The position numbers and the translations under genes are program-made. A model generated the notes under the pieces. The model ran no database searches. It was not told the DNA's origin and saw nothing but the letters and a program-made list of their open reading frames with translations. 64,000 nucleotides of DNA from a bacterium (GTDB taxonomy: Bacteria; Bacteroidota; Bacteroidia; Flavobacteriales; Schleiferiaceae), in assembly GCA_016125155.1 (NCBI GenBank), contig WGMI01000030.1, positions 2,079 to 66,078 on the forward strand, written 5' to 3'. This document shows positions 62,600 through 64,000 of the stretch, piece after piece (positions within the stretch are counted from its first letter, which is position 1; each line of letters begins with the position of its first letter).

Positions 62600-64000
62600 A
62601 TGGCACGATCGACTGCGTCCTATGGCACCCTCGCATCGGCTCCAAAAATGGGTCCCGGGGTGCTTATTCTCATCGGAGTTGTCTTGCTCTTGGGTTTGGG
62701 ATATGTCATTGTGGCCTACGGCGCCTCTCCCGGATTGGGTGCCATCGCCATTCCTCCGCTTATCTTGGGTCTGCGAAGCGTCTATCTCGATCCTAAAAAG
62801 GCCATCTGGTCTGTATTGGCATTTGGCTTTTTACTTTCCTTCTTTAGTCGCTATTTCCCGGTGTTCACTTTTGGATTGGTGGTGGACATTGCCCTGGCAG
62901 CTACATTCCTACTTCTGTTTATCAAAGACTATCGAAAAATGCGCTTCGAGCGCGCGGGAAATATCATTACGCTCTTGATGATGTTGTGGATGATCTATAT
63001 GCTGCTCGAGCTGGTCAATCCTGAAGCGCACAGCGCCCAGGCATGGTTCTATTCGATGCGCGGAATTGCGCTGTACCAAGTTTTGCTCATCCCCTTGGGC
63101 TTTATGCTCCTCGACTCAAGAAAGGATTTTTACACCTATCTGTACATCTGGATTGGTCTGTCGTGGCTTGGGATTTTCTGGGGCATGAAACAACAGTATT
63201 TCGGATTGGGACCGGTAGAACAAGCCTGGCTCGACAACGGGCAATACAAAACCCATTTGCTCTTTGGGCAATTGCGCATTTTCTCTTATTACTTTGATGC
63301 GGCCACTTTTGGTGCCGCCATGGCCCAGTTGTGCATCGTTTGTGCCATCATGATGCTCGGCCCTTTTTCCAAGAGAAAAAAGTTCTTTTTTGCCGCCACG
63401 GCGCTCTTTTCTTTCTATGGGATGATGCTGAGCGGAACCCGCGGTGCTTTGTCGATCCCGGGCGTTGGCGCACTGTTGTTTTTGATTCTCACCAAACAAA
63501 CCCGGATTCTCCTCTTCGGGGTTTTGTTCCTGCTTGGCAGCTTTTACTTTCTCAAATACACGAGCATCGGCCACTCGAATTACCACGTTCAGCGCTTGCG
63601 CACGGCACTGGATCCGAACGATGCCTCGCTCAATACCCGGTTTAGAAACAGGGCCTTGCTGACGGTATACCTCAAAGGCAAACCATTTGGCGGAGGGGTG
63701 GGCACTACTTCGAGTTTTGGAAGACGCTTTAGTCCGGGCACTTGGCTGTCCAACTTCGAACCGGATGGGCTCTATACCCGGATTCGGGCCGAAACCGGGA
63801 TTGTAGGGCGGAATTTTTATGTCGGAATGTGGCTGCTCATCTTGATCCGAGGATCGTGGCGAACCCTGCACATGGCTCCCGGAGAAAACAAAACCATTGC
63901 CATGGCTTTGTTGGCTGCATTTGCGGGTATTTTGATGTCCAATTACGGCAATCCGGTGATGTCTCAGTTTCCGATTTCGCTGTTGACGTTTCTCTCGCTT
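62600..64000 (+). CDS. O-antigen ligase/polymerase-like (Wzy_C family) polytopic membrane protein, 3' end outside the window
   Basis: Missing from the ORF track because it is open-ended. The frame from ATG 62600 reads without stops to 64000: MARSTASYG..GVLILIGVVLLLGLGYVIVAYG... with 10 or more hydrophobic segments and YGMMLSGTRGALSIPG (compare the SGSRGA loop of O-antigen ligase-like proteins). Confidence 0.65.
   Translation, partial: MARSTASYGTLASAPKMGPGVLILIGVVLLLGLGYVIVAYGASPGLGAIAIPPLILGLRSVYLDPKKAIWSVLAFGFLLSFFSRYFPVFTFGLVVDIALAATFLLLFIKDYRKMRFERAGNIITLLMMLWMIYMLLELVNPEAHSAQAWFYSMRGIALYQVLLIPLGFMLLDSRKDFYTYLYIWIGLSWLGIFWGMKQQYFGLGPVEQAWLDNGQYKTHLLFGQLRIFSYYFDAATFGAAMAQLCIVCAIMMLGPFSKRKKFFFAATALFSFYGMMLSGTRGALSIPGVGALLFLILTKQTRILLFGVLFLLGSFYFLKYTSIGHSNYHVQRLRTALDPNDASLNTRFRNRALLTVYLKGKPFGGGVGTTSSFGRRFSPGTWLSNFEPDGLYTRIRAETGIVGRNFYVGMWLLILIRGSWRTLHMAPGENKTIAMALLAAFAGILMSNYGNPVMSQFPISLLTFLSL

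Noticed and set aside
62622-62978. 118-aa ORF listed in the track at the start of the last gene
   Set aside because: A different frame starting at ATG 62600 stays open to the end of the window and encodes a coherent polytopic O-antigen-ligase-like protein. The listed ORF is an out-of-frame overlap.

Overview
Chromosomal segment that looks like Bacteroidota. This placement is an inference from a T9SS-type C-terminal sorting domain on a giant secreted protein, a type III glutamine synthetase, a BamD-RpoZ-CoaBC-DUF4835-RecN block and TAnnTTTG-like -7 boxes. G+C is well above 50% by eye. I count about 55 protein-coding genes and found no rRNA, tRNA or CRISPR array. Two genes run off the window edges and are missing from the ORF track: an acyltransferase at 1..830 (-) and an O-antigen-ligase-like protein at 62600..64000 (+). 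Most of the window is housekeeping: folE, cysS, yidD, msrB, type III GS, tatA-folD-ffh, argS, kdsA/kdsC, rimK, rsmE, sucD/sucC, fabI, recN, coaBC, rpoZ, bamD, pyrD. Points of interest, in order: (1) A kdsA-X-kdsC operon in which X is an FSA/TalC-type class I aldolase fused to a KdsD-like CBS pair instead of the usual SIS isomerase domain. This may be a non-orthologous route to arabinose-5-phosphate for Kdo synthesis. (2) A ~2.2 kb low-GC insert (13.7-16.0 kb) built like a two-cassette integron array without an integrase. Both cassette ORFs are broken by a single in-frame stop, and a frameshifted gene and a perfect 30-bp tandem duplication lie next to it. (3) A 9-kb gene for a ~3000-aa T9SS cargo protein made of 10 FN3-like, 7 MAM-like, 2 unusual GDGW and 4 PKD-like modules. 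(4) Tandem LruC-domain lipoprotein paralogs separated by three copies of an 8-mer spaced exactly 21 bp apart. (5) A duplicated ~40-nt element in the long leader of the GS gene. All family names come from motif recognition by eye and from memory; no searches were run.
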